The notes under the pieces were generated by a model. The model saw only the letters and a list, made by a program, of their open reading frames with translations. It ran no database searches and was not told the origin of the DNA. Shown here in pieces: positions 19,578-29,200 of a DNA stretch of 64,000 nt (within the stretch, counting starts at the first letter, position 1; each line of letters opens with the position of its first letter). The translations under genes and the position numbers were made by a program. Origin of the DNA: Flavobacteriales bacterium (GTDB lineage Bacteria > Bacteroidota > Bacteroidia > Palsa-965); assembly GCA_040377305.1 (NCBI GenBank), contig JBEIPA010000003.1, positions 96,001-160,000 of the forward strand. Reading direction: 5' to 3'.

Positions 19578-20056
19578 CCGACATCAGCCTTATTCCGGAA
19601 GTCAATCTCAAACGCGAAATTCAGACAACGCGTGTTGTGAATTTTTCAATCGATTCTGTCTTCGATGCATTCGTAGATCCGAATCACCTGAAAAACTGGT
19701 GGGGTCCTGCTGGATTCACCAATACATTTCAGGAGTTCAATCCGGTTCCTTATGGTTCCTGGAAATTCACGATGCACGGACCAGACGGAAAGAACTACGA
19801 AAATGAATGTCGCTTTCTGGTTGTACAAAAGCCGGACTGCGTAATCATCGATCACGTGAATGCACCGGAATTTCGCGCGGTGTTTCAGTTTGAATCGTTG
19901 TCTGCTGATTCAACGCGCATCAACTGGAGAATGATCTTCAAGACCGATGAACTTTTTCACGCGCTTGGAGATTTCGTGAAAGGCAAGAACGTGGAGAATA
20001 TGGATAGACTGGAAGCGGAACTGGCCAACGTTAACAATCCGCGCTTCTCTGTTTAA
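19574..20056 (+). CDS. SRPBCC/AHSA1-family (START-like) protein
   Basis: VFDAFVDPNHLKNWWGPAGF; WKFTMHGPDG; coupled to the upstream gene (ATGA). Confidence 0.9.
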   Translation: MTDISLIPEVNLKREIQTTRVVNFSIDSVFDAFVDPNHLKNWWGPAGFTNTFQEFNPVPYGSWKFTMHGPDGKNYENECRFLVVQKPDCVIIDHVNAPEFRAVFQFESLSADSTRINWRMIFKTDELFHALGDFVKGKNVENMDRLEAELANVNNPRFSV

Positions 20057-20255
20057 TCCGCCCAATCCGCGTACTATTTTGTTGCCAACAATTCCAACCG
20101 ACCGCCCCACATTCGAAAGCTCCATCGCGACGAACTGGTTCGATGACGAAATTCTCATTTCACTTTCGAAGCCAGAGCGAAATTCTGGCTAAAATATTTG
20201 GGTAAAAGTTAATTTCGGGAATATCCTGAAGCCTTCATCGTAACTTTATACCGCT

Positions 20256-21650
20256 GTGTTCGCCATTATCGATATCGAGACTACCGGCGGTTCTCCCGAG
20301 CGGTGTAAAATAACCGAGATCTGCATTGTGCAGCACGATGGTTTGGCTGTAACAGACGTGTTTACCACGCTCATTAATCCGGAGTGTTATATTCCCAATC
20401 ACATAACACGCATCACCAACATCACCAACGAGATGGTGGAGAATGCCCCGAAATTTTATGAAGTCGCGAAGAAAATTATCGAGTGGACCGAAGGAAGAAT
20501 TTTCGTGGCGCACAACGTTGCATTCGATTACGGATTTATTCGTGAAGAATTTCGTTCACTCGGCTACACGTACAAACGTGAACAGCTTTGTACAGTCAAG
20601 CTTGCACGCAAATTAATTCCCGGAAGAAAATCGTACAGTCTGGGAAACATCTGCGAACACGTAGGGATTAATATCGCTGCGGAAGAACGTCACCGTGCCG
20701 AAGGTGATGCTGTAGCAACGGCAAAGCTTTTCGATCTGTTGCTCGCGAAGAAGAGTGAGCACACCGTTTATCGCAGCAAAGGCATTGAGGAAATGCAAAC
20801 CACGCGTGTCGATAAGGTGAAGATGCAGATTCTGAATCGCTTGCCGGAAGAATGTGGTGTCTACTATTATCTCGGTAAAGACAACAACATTCTTTACGTA
20901 GGCAAGAGCACAAACATGCGCTCACGTGCGCTACAGCATTTTGCGAGCAAGGAACCGAAAGCGCGTCGCTGGCAGAATGAGTTATACGATGTAGATTTCG
21001 TGAAAACAGGAAGCGAGTTAATAGCTTTGTTGCTGGAGTCGGAAGAAATTAAGAAGCATAAGCCGTTTTACAATCGTGCACGAAAGAAATCGACGTTCAC
21101 ACATGCGATCGATTGGTGGAAAGATGAGAAAGGTGTGATCAATTTCAACATCGTTCCTTCCGAAGAAGCGAATCAGCCTTTGCAGCATTACACGAACTAC
21201 ACTTCAGCGCGTGAGTTTCTGAATGTCTGGGTGGAGGAACATCGATTGTGTTTGCACCAATGCGGAATTTTCGCTGGGCACGGCGATCGCGAAACCAATA
21301 TGCGACGCGAATGCTTCAACTTTCAGGTCAAGCAGTGTGTGGGAATTTGCTGCGGAGAGGAAACGGCAGATGAGTACAACAAACGCGCATCGGAAGTTTT
21401 GAATCAATTTCTGATTTCCAGCGGCGATTTCATTCTCGTCGATCGTGGTAGGCGAGGAGGGGAGCAGGCGCTTTTACTCGTGGAGAATGGCAGCTTCAAA
21501 GGCTACGGTTATTTCGACGAAGCAGATTCTGCCGCTTCACCCGATGAACTCAAAGGCTTTATCACGAAAACCGCGTGGCATCCGGATGCAAACGATCTGG
21601 TACGAGGATGGATGCGGAGAAATCCGAAGCTGAAGCGAATTACTCTTTAA
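20256..21650 (+). CDS. DEDDh (DNA pol III epsilon-like) exonuclease fused to a GIY-YIG/UvrC-like domain
   Basis: IDIETTG; VAHNVAFDYGF; HRAEGDA; LPEECGVYYY...LYVGKS.NMRSR; ELIALLLESEEIK..KP.YN; Cys cluster. Confidence 0.92.
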   Translation: MFAIIDIETTGGSPERCKITEICIVQHDGLAVTDVFTTLINPECYIPNHITRITNITNEMVENAPKFYEVAKKIIEWTEGRIFVAHNVAFDYGFIREEFRSLGYTYKREQLCTVKLARKLIPGRKSYSLGNICEHVGINIAAEERHRAEGDAVATAKLFDLLLAKKSEHTVYRSKGIEEMQTTRVDKVKMQILNRLPEECGVYYYLGKDNNILYVGKSTNMRSRALQHFASKEPKARRWQNELYDVDFVKTGSELIALLLESEEIKKHKPFYNRARKKSTFTHAIDWWKDEKGVINFNIVPSEEANQPLQHYTNYTSAREFLNVWVEEHRLCLHQCGIFAGHGDRETNMRRECFNFQVKQCVGICCGEETADEYNKRASEVLNQFLISSGDFILVDRGRRGGEQALLLVENGSFKGYGYFDEADSAASPDELKGFITKTAWHPDANDLVRGWMRRNPKLKRITL

Positions 21651-22285
21651 CGGGTAACAGTATACTCTTCCCGCTTCACAAATGTGCCGTGCGAAGTTCC
21701 GTTCTTAAAGAAAATTTCTTTAGCTCCGGTTTGTGTATTCACCTTTCCGCGTTGCAGCGAGTCTGAACGTTTCGGTTGAACATGAAAGCCCCATTGTCCG
21801 CGTACACCATGATCCATGGCAAGCTGAATGAGCGGATCTTCAGAAGAATGTTTGTACTTCAATGAATCTGCGAGTGTAGTGGTGAAACTTCCCGGGCGCA
21901 AACATTTGTTCACCATATCGATTCGCTTGTCATTCGCGTAGATTGAACGGCGAACAAATATTTCTCCTCCATCCGTATGTTCTGCTTTCACTTCATCTGC
22001 AACAGAAACCGGTTTCAGTTCTGCATCATGAAAAATAACTTTCGTAATCTGCCAACGAAATTCCATGGCCTTCTCCAGAACTTTTTCAATTCCTTCACGT
22101 GCAATTTCTTTCACGACCAGTGGAGCTGCTTCATTCAACTCAACAGCCAGTTCCGCATTGAGTACTATGAATTTCGCTTTCATATCGATTCCGGGGAGCT
22201 GTGCTTCAATAGCCTGATAACCCATTCCGGTTTCCGGTTGAGTCAGCAATTCTTTTTCCTGGGCAAGCGTGAGGCGGTAGTACAT
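21647..22285 (-). CDS. Hypothetical protein, possibly with a degenerate TNT-like glycohydrolase C-terminus
   Basis: 212-aa ORF; QPETGMGYQ N-terminal motif; RPGSFTTT...LQRGKV...EIFFKNGT. The family call is a recollection only. Confidence 0.5.
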   Translation of the reverse strand: MYYRLTLAQEKELLTQPETGMGYQAIEAQLPGIDMKAKFIVLNAELAVELNEAAPLVVKEIAREGIEKVLEKAMEFRWQITKVIFHDAELKPVSVADEVKAEHTDGGEIFVRRSIYANDKRIDMVNKCLRPGSFTTTLADSLKYKHSSEDPLIQLAMDHGVRGQWGFHVQPKRSDSLQRGKVNTQTGAKEIFFKNGTSHGTFVKREEYTVTR

Positions 22286-22321
22286 GGGTCAGAGTTTATC
22301 TGCCCAATATAAACTGACGGT

Positions 22322-22491
22322 TTCGAACTAGTCGGGAGCAAACGTTTGTAAACGGATAAATCTGCTTTTGGTCTTACCCGATGCTCAAACCTTAAAGGTT
22401 TTAATCCGCCGCGGCGGACCTTTAAGGTTTTGCGCACGACAAGTATAGGTGAAAGAATTCGTACCAGTCGGGAGCAAACGATTGAAAACGG
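22322..22491. repeat. 34-bp direct repeat pair flanking a nested REP-like palindrome
   Basis: 22322-22355 and 22458-22491 are 30/34 identical; AAACCTTAAAGGT..TCCGCCGCGGCGGA..CCTTTAAGGTTT lies at 22387-22430. Confidence 0.75.
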
Positions 22492-22560
22492 GTTAGCCGC
22501 GGAGAAAGGGCAAGAATGGAGGCGCATTGGCCACCCTTCAAGGGCTTAACCCTTGCAGGT

Positions 22561-22953
22561 TTACTTCAGCCTATCCAACTTCCCCTTCTTCTTCACAATA
22601 TTCTTGTAATCCCACTGCACCTCTTTCGACTTCTTCAGCCAGCGTACCAGATCTTTCCTCTTGATCTCATCAACCGAAGTGTAAACAACCGAAGCATCCT
22701 TGAACTTTCCTGTTCCGGGTTGCAATTGTTCTTCATCAAATCCCATTCCGCTCCAGAACATCAATTTGATTCCGGCTTTCTGTTTGCTGTATCCTACAAT
22801 CGGATTTCCATCCAGAAACCAAACGGGATGCGCATGCCAGATTTTATTTTCTGCTTCTTTCAACGCGCCATCAATTTCTTCCGCGAGCGCCTTGCAGATT
22901 TTTTTGTCGGAGGCAGTTTGTTTCGAGTTGTAGAATTTGATGTCTTTGTGCAT
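22561..22953 (-). CDS. DUF1801/YdhG-like protein, second subfamily
   Basis: AENKIWHAHPVWFLDGNPIVGYS; LMFWSG; QWDYKNIVK. Confidence 0.88.
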   Translation of the reverse strand: MHKDIKFYNSKQTASDKKICKALAEEIDGALKEAENKIWHAHPVWFLDGNPIVGYSKQKAGIKLMFWSGMGFDEEQLQPGTGKFKDASVVYTSVDEIKRKDLVRWLKKSKEVQWDYKNIVKKKGKLDRLK

Positions 22954-22977
22954 GAGAGGTATTTATATAATATAAAA

Positions 22978-23349
22978 TTAGCCAATTACAACTCCACATT
23001 GACCTTGTTGATTTAGTGCGATATCAACGGCAGCTATTCCGTTCTTAATTCTGAAAGTCAATCCTTCCTGATCACCACCCGTGCAATCGACCACTTCATG
23101 TATGTGCTGCAGCAACACCTCAAACTCTTTTTTAAGTGCAAGAATTTCTTCATCGAAGACCATCACATCTTGTTCCTTCAACGAATGGATCAGAGGACAT
23201 CCTAGTTTTTCGACAACTGAATTTCCCCACACACTTGTTCGCCAGGATTCAAAACCGAAGAGTTCATTTTGTGGGTATGAGGCCTTTAGCTTCGGCCACT
23301 CCAGATTGGGGTCTTTAGTTTTTGACACAACGTAAACAATCAGTGACAT
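22978..23349 (-). CDS. Hypothetical protein
   Basis: 123-aa ORF in tandem with its neighbours; ELFGFESWRTSVWG motif. Confidence 0.6.
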   Translation of the reverse strand: MSLIVYVVSKTKDPNLEWPKLKASYPQNELFGFESWRTSVWGNSVVEKLGCPLIHSLKEQDVMVFDEEILALKKEFEVLLQHIHEVVDCTGGDQEGLTFRIKNGIAAVDIALNQQGQCGVVIG

Positions 23350-23381
23350 GCCGTATGACTTGTAATTTGGTTAGTAGTAAT

Positions 23382-23915
23382 CTAGCACCCCGTCGTCACC
23401 CATATCCACTTCCCACCCTTAAATGTAAAAAATCCACTGCCCCCTCCGTCTTGCCAAACCTTGATTGCGGGATTTTCTAATTTGAAAGTACTGTCGCGCA
23501 ACTCGCCATCGACAGCATAAGTCACCGTAACAATTGTGTCTTGCAGTAAACCCCAGGAATCCACCCAACTGAAATCTTCGACAAGCTCGCCTTTAACAGT
23601 TTCGAATTTCATCTTCTTGCGAGAGCCACTCCCATTGATACCAATCGCAATTGTTCCTTCGGGCTGCAAGAAGTCGACAAGTTCGGTATTACCATCTCCA
23701 TCAAGATCTACCCTGATCAATTGCTCTAAATCGTACGATGTGAAATTGTTTTCTGCGTACGGCTCTTCGTTGGCTTTCGCTTGTGAATCTACTCTGCCAA
23801 TAGAATCAGCATGCATGGAATCGAGGTAGCCGGAAGATTTTTTTGAATTCTCATCTGAACTACACGCGAACAAAGTCACAAATAACGTAAGTACAACAAC
23901 CGGACGCATTCCCAT
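23382..23915 (-). CDS. Hypothetical lipoprotein
   Basis: Lipobox LFAC; DLDGDG Ca-binding-like motif. Confidence 0.65.
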   Translation of the reverse strand: MGMRPVVVLTLFVTLFACSSDENSKKSSGYLDSMHADSIGRVDSQAKANEEPYAENNFTSYDLEQLIRVDLDGDGNTELVDFLQPEGTIAIGINGSGSRKKMKFETVKGELVEDFSWVDSWGLLQDTIVTVTYAVDGELRDSTFKLENPAIKVWQDGGGSGFFTFKGGKWIWVTTGC

Positions 23916-23930
23916 AAATTTTGTCTCCAA

Positions 23931-23960
23931 CAAAAAAGCCCTCCATCCGGAAGGCCTTTT
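23931..23960 (-). terminator. Intrinsic terminator after siaC
   Basis: Minus strand reads GCCTTCC-GGAT-GGAGGGC-TTTTTT. Confidence 0.7.
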
Positions 23961-23986
23961 ATATATTATCTGGGATTCGGCTTTTA

Positions 23987-24016
23987 CTCCCGTCTCCTGT
24001 CTGTCGTCTGTCGACT
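23987..24016. repeat. Degenerate 7-nt tandem array abutting the siaC stop
   Basis: ctcccgt ctcctgt ctgtcgt ctgtcga cta. Confidence 0.6.
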
Positions 24017-24395
24017 ACTCAGCAACCTCAACCATCTTGAACGGAATATTGATGATCGCCTGGTAATCTTCACCAGCTTCCAACATATCCTCGTCGTCTT
24101 GTTCGTAATACCAATTGATCACAATTGCAGATCCGCCTTTGTGAATTGCTTCGAGTTTCTTGAACACATCAAGAATGCATTTCGAAGAGCTCGTGTTGAA
24201 ATACTCCAACTGAATGTTCACGTTAGTATTCGCTTGCGGCTTCGAAGCATATTTTTCAAGATGCTCAACCAAAGGCTTATAAAACTCAATAGAGTTCTCA
24301 GGAATTGATCTGCCACGGATTTCAAGATGTCCGCTTGCCATGTCAAAACTGATTGTTGGTGTCTTTGGTGTTCCTTCGATTACGATGCGTTCCAT
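24015..24395 (-). CDS. siaC: SiaC-family regulatory phosphoprotein (DUF1987)
   Basis: TPKTP; GRSIPEN..EFY.P; LEYFNTSSSK phospho-Thr motif; INWYYEQDDEDMLEAGED. Confidence 0.92.
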   Translation of the reverse strand: MERIVIEGTPKTPTISFDMASGHLEIRGRSIPENSIEFYKPLVEHLEKYASKPQANTNVNIQLEYFNTSSSKCILDVFKKLEAIHKGGSAIVINWYYEQDDEDMLEAGEDYQAIINIPFKMVEVAE

Positions 24396-24414
24396 AGTAG
24401 TATGGTGTTGTGTG

Positions 24415-24984
24415 TTACTGTGCGATTTTAATATTTAAGCTGAAAAAAGAATAGACGTCATCAACCGGCATGAAGTGATAATTCAACTTCTGTCCTGTCT
24501 TGCGCGCGATATCGATCATACCGAGACCGCCACCGCCTTTTTCAGACATTTCCCCGTTATTAAGAACAGCCTTGTAGTAATCTTTCAACTCTTCTTTTGT
24601 GAGCTTGTTGATTTCGTCAAGACGATTCTTCAGACCGTTTACATTCCCTGTAAGAATGTAGTTGCCTGTAATGATATTGTACTGGTTGTCTAGCTTACCA
24701 ATCATGAAAATTGCAGAACGGATTTGTTCCCCTTCAGGACCATTAGCGTTTCCGTTCAAAGTTTTAGGAATTTCGTCCATGTGATGGTAAAGGTTCTGTA
24801 AACACTCTACCAATACATTGTAAACTTTCTTCTTGATTTTGGGCTCCTCCTGCATAGTGTCCAACTTGGACTCCATGATCTGGAGAATAGACGTCAACAA
24901 CTCGGACGTGATGTCGCCCTTAAATGAGAGCATAATGTTATTACGCTCCATTTTATCATAAAAGTCGTAGATGTCGACCATCAT
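24415..24984 (-). CDS. siaB: SiaB-family protein kinase (DUF6272, GHKL-like)
   Basis: LSFKG; VECLQNLYHH; LKDYYK; SEKGGGGLGMIDIARKTG; directly upstream of siaC. Confidence 0.9.
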   Translation of the reverse strand: MMVDIYDFYDKMERNNIMLSFKGDITSELLTSILQIMESKLDTMQEEPKIKKKVYNVLVECLQNLYHHMDEIPKTLNGNANGPEGEQIRSAIFMIGKLDNQYNIITGNYILTGNVNGLKNRLDEINKLTKEELKDYYKAVLNNGEMSEKGGGGLGMIDIARKTGQKLNYHFMPVDDVYSFFSLNIKIAQ

Positions 24985-25015
24985 AACCTTAAAGGCTGTG
25001 TGCTGTTGATTTCAA

Positions 25016-25023
25016 CAAATATA
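25016..25023 (-). promoter_or_regulatory. Putative -7 promoter element (TATATTTG) for siaBC
   Basis: TAnnTTTG match about 31 nt upstream of the siaB start. Confidence 0.55.
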
Positions 25024-25077
25024 ACGGGATTTTGGGAATAACAATGGTTCACAGAAAATAGTCGGAGTCTAATGAAG

Positions 25078-25123
25078 AAAGATGGGAGCCAGGCATGACA
25101 TTACCTTGACACTCCCATCTTTT
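25078..25123 (-). terminator. Hairpin, probable terminator between the lipoprotein gene and siaB
   Basis: AAAGATGGGAG ... CTCCCATCTTT 11-bp stem with a long loop. Confidence 0.55.
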
Positions 25124-25142
25124 TACCTTAAGACCGACGCGT

Positions 25143-25961
25143 TTATTGCATCGTGAACTCGAATGTATTCCCTTCGATCATGATCGTACCACGGTTGTCG
25201 CAGGTACCATTACCGAAATCTACTGTACGGGTCGCTTTCCCGTCCGGAACAAGCTCTACAGTACCCTGGGTAATCCAGGTACAGCTCATGTCGCGGATGA
25301 TTGGCGATGTAACAGTTGAAGTGAAGTGTAGGCCATTACGGTCAGTTCCTTCGTTAGTTCCTTCAATACGGATTACCTGGTTAGCAGCAGAATTGCCTAC
25401 ACCGGAGATCCATGTAATGGTCTTATTGGTGTTCCAGTCGATCTCCCACGGAGTAGCTCCAGCTTTGCTGCAGTGGCCGTCATTGAGAACCATGTTAAAG
25501 GAGTTATTCGCACCGCGGGTAATGGTTGTTGTTCCTGTGAAGTTGATAGCTCCAACGTAGAAACTGTCGAGTGTAACTGTCATTACACAACCAACCGAAT
25601 CCCAAGGACGATCCATCGCAACCAGCATACGTCCTTTACGAACTTTGCCATCGACAGAATCTGTACATCCTGTTGAACCGTAATCTATCGTCATAACCAA
25701 AGGAAACTGGTTTGGCGTATTAACGGAAATAGTAGGACATGATTGAACCGATGGGCCACCTGGTCCCCAACGATGAACGCCCGGCTCATCAATAGAAATC
25801 TTGTTTACGGTAGGAAGAACGCGGAGAAACTCCCCTTCGCACAAGCTGTTATCAGTTGCAGAAGTGGTTTCAGTGTCAGCGACATCATCTTTTTTGCATC
25901 CAACATATACGAAGGATGATAAACAGAACAAAAATGCAGCGGATAGAGCAATGCGATTCAT
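25143..25961 (-). CDS. Hypothetical beta-rich lipoprotein
   Basis: Lipobox YVGC-KKDD; TIDYGSTGCTD..DGKVRKG; VDFGNGTCDN. Confidence 0.8.
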   Translation of the reverse strand: MNRIALSAAFLFCLSSFVYVGCKKDDVADTETTSATDNSLCEGEFLRVLPTVNKISIDEPGVHRWGPGGPSVQSCPTISVNTPNQFPLVMTIDYGSTGCTDSVDGKVRKGRMLVAMDRPWDSVGCVMTVTLDSFYVGAINFTGTTTITRGANNSFNMVLNDGHCSKAGATPWEIDWNTNKTITWISGVGNSAANQVIRIEGTNEGTDRNGLHFTSTVTSPIIRDMSCTWITQGTVELVPDGKATRTVDFGNGTCDNRGTIMIEGNTFEFTMQ

Positions 25962-26264
25962 GGAGTTATGTTTGATTTGGTTGTAGGACGTTTACCAGGT
26001 CCGTGGGTTCTTATTTGTACTATGTTCGACGCACTTTGATGACTGAGGTTTAAGCCGTTTGTCATTCCGAGCGCAGCCGGCGTGCAACAAATATAGTTTT
26101 TTGACTGAAAAAGCGTCAAATAGCTATGCTGAATCTTACGCGTGCATTCCTCAAAGGTTTCCACGATAGAGGCGGTTTTTCCAACATTGGCGGGAATTCC
26201 AAAGTGACAGTCGTAAATCCTAAAGTAAGCTGAACCTGAGTGGAGCGCCCTGAACATCGGATAA

Positions 26265-29200
26265 CTAGATTCTGATGCCTACAACCAAAACATCGTCAAC
26301 CTGAGCATACGTGTCTTTCCAGCCGTCAAATGCCTGTTCGAGTCTCGCAGCCTGATCCGTCAAGGATAGACCTTCAATTTCGCGTAGCAGTTCAAGGAGA
26401 TGCTTCACCATGAACTTCTTGCCGCGTGGACCTCCAAACTGATCAGCATATCCATCCGAGAACATGTAAAGCATGTCACCAGGTTCGAGAATGACGGTGT
26501 GTAGCGAGTATTCATTCACGCGTTCAGTGAGATTGCCGCCAATCGGGAATCGGTCGCTGTCAATTTTGGTGAGCACACCTTTACGTATAAGAACGAGTGG
26601 ACGTAAAGCTCCGGCAAATTTAAGTTCGCGTGAACCATCGGTGAATACGCAGATAGCAATGTCCATTCCATCGCGCGTGTCTTCTTCACCGTGCTGACCT
26701 TGCTTGAGTGCAGCCATCACCCCTTTATTAAGACGGTTCAGAATTTCTTCCGGAGATGTAATTCCTTTCTCGAGCACGATCTGGTTGAGAAGGTTGTGAC
26801 CAATTACACTCATCAGCGCACCAGGAACACCGTGGCCTGTACAATCGGCACACACCATGATTTTCTTTCCGTCTTTCTCTGCGAACCAATAGAAGTCGCC
26901 CGACACAATGTCTTTCGGGCGATAGAAAACAAAACTCTGTGGCAGGTGACGATAAATAAAATCAAGTTCGGGAAGAACCGCTCCTTGAATCCGTTTCGCG
27001 TACTGAATACTTGCTGTAATGTCTGCGTTCTTTTGTGCAAGCTCGTGCGTTCGTTCAGCAACTTTAGCTTCGAGTATTCTGTTCTCTTTCTTGATCGCAC
27101 GCGTTCTGTATCGTGTGAATCCGATTACACCGCCGATTACAGTTAGCACACAAATAGAGTAGAACCAGGTCGTCTTCCACCAAGGTGGTTGCACTTCTAT
27201 GCGTATGGAAATGCCTTCTTCGTTCCAATTTCCATTACTGTCCGCTCCCCGGATACGAAGCGTGTATTTGCCTCCCGGTAAGTTGGTGTAACTGATAAAA
27301 CGATTGGTTGTAACTGGCGACCAATCGTCATCGAATCCTTCGAGTTTGTATTGGTACATGTTCTTCTCCGGATCCACAAAGTCAAGAACGGATGCTTCGA
27401 AGCTGAAGTAATTTTCACGCCATGTTACGCTGATAAATCGTTTGGCTGTAATGGCAGAATCGAGCACAATCTCCGTTCCGAATCGCTTATAAGAAGTCAC
27501 AAATACGGGCGGAACTGAAGAACTTTTTCCCAGTCGTTTTGTGTCGATAATGTTCAGTCCTTTTTGCCCGCCGAAATAAAGAATCCCTTGCTTATTCCGG
27601 AAGTAGGCCCCTTGGTTGAACTCTTCAGGCTGAACGCCCGCGGCCGGACCATAATTGACAAACTGTTTTTCTGTGCCGGTAACATTCGCTTTGAAGCGGG
27701 TCAATCCTTTGTTGTGGCTCAACCACAGATAGCCTTCATTGTCGGGCAGAATCGCATAAATATTATCGCTGGGCAATCCGTTACGTTCATAATAGGTGGT
27801 GAATCCTTTGCCTGATTTATCGAGCAGGTCTAAGCCGTTCGCGGTACCAATCCACACGTTTCCCAATGCGTCTTCTGCAACGCAATATGTACGATCGTTA
27901 GAAAGTGAAGTCTGATCACTCTCATTGTGTTGATACTTCGTAAGCGCGCCCTTTCGTTCACGTTTCATTACACCACCATCGCGTGTGCAAATCCAAAGCG
28001 CTCCTTGTTTGTCGAAGTACAAATTGAAAATCACATCGCTCGTGAAACCGGAATTTTCCGAATTGTATTGTGTCAACGAATCCGTTTTCGGGTCGAGGTT
28101 GTACAATCCACCTCCAAAAGTTCCAAACCAGATCGTTTTGTCAACGGGATCTTCTTTGATGCAAAGAATGGTGCCATTTTCCAGACCGAAATCAGTAGAA
28201 TAGGTCTTCACTTTTCCGTCTGGCGACTTCCGATTTAATCCTTCTCCGTACGTGCCCACCCAAATAGTTCCGTCGGTGGCTTCTGTAACACTTAGAACTG
28301 AATTGCTGACAGAAGTAGACAATTCAGGATGTTGAGCGTACTCATCTGTTTTCGGATTAAATGTGGTCAAGCCTCCTCCATCTGTTCCGATCCAGATTAC
28401 TCCCGTGTGATCTTCCATGACACAGAAAATTCCGCTGCTCATGAGTGTGTTATTTTCCACACCAGGTCGCTCTGAGCGACGAACATGGGAGATCGTTGAT
28501 GTAGAACGGAAGTACACGCTTATTCCGCGTCCACTTGTTCCGCACCACATATTTCCGCTTCGGTCCCGAAAAACACATTTCGGTTGATCCGAAGCAAACG
28601 CGTAAGGATCGCGATCATTGGGAGAGTAATGCTGTATCTGTTCACTACCGGGATTCATGATGTCGAGACTGATATCGAAAATCGCGAGCCACAAATCACC
28701 TTTCTCGTCGTACGTCATATCAAACACCCGTGCTTCTGCAATGGAGTTCGACTTTTCAGCCGGATTAACGACACGATCAAATTTGTGCGAGGAAAAATTG
28801 AATACCTGCATTCCGCCACCATCTGTTCCAACCCACAAGGTATTTTCGTCGCGATATGCGAGCGAGCGCACCTGATTACACTGTCCGCGACGACGCACAT
28901 CATCTGATACTACTTTCGGATACAGTTTTGCAATCTCATCATCGGTCAACGTATAGTTCGTGAAACGTCGTGTTGCAGGATCCAGCATACACAACCCGTT
29001 GCCGTAAGTCCCGATCCAGAGATTTCCTTTTTTGTCTTCATAGAGGTCAAAAACCCGATTGCCTGCAATGGAAAACGGATCATTCGCATTATTCGTGAAA
29101 CGCGTAAACTTTTTCGTTTGCCGGTCAAACAAATTCAGACCATCATCAGTGCCAATCCACAAATTACCTTTCGCATCTTCCATGATCACTCGCACAGAGT

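Noticed and set aside
20256-21650. GIY-YIG domain as a homing endonuclease or defence nuclease
   Set aside because: The DnaQ-UvrC-like fusion is a common repair-type protein, and there is no intron or defence context.
22322-22491. 34-bp direct repeats as a mini CRISPR array
   Set aside because: Only two copies, a 102-nt spacer that is itself palindromic, and no cas genes in the window.
25962-26264. Long intergenic region as a possible ncRNA or riboswitch
   Set aside because: It contains a plausible -7 element (26088-26095, minus strand) but no recognisable conserved RNA structure.
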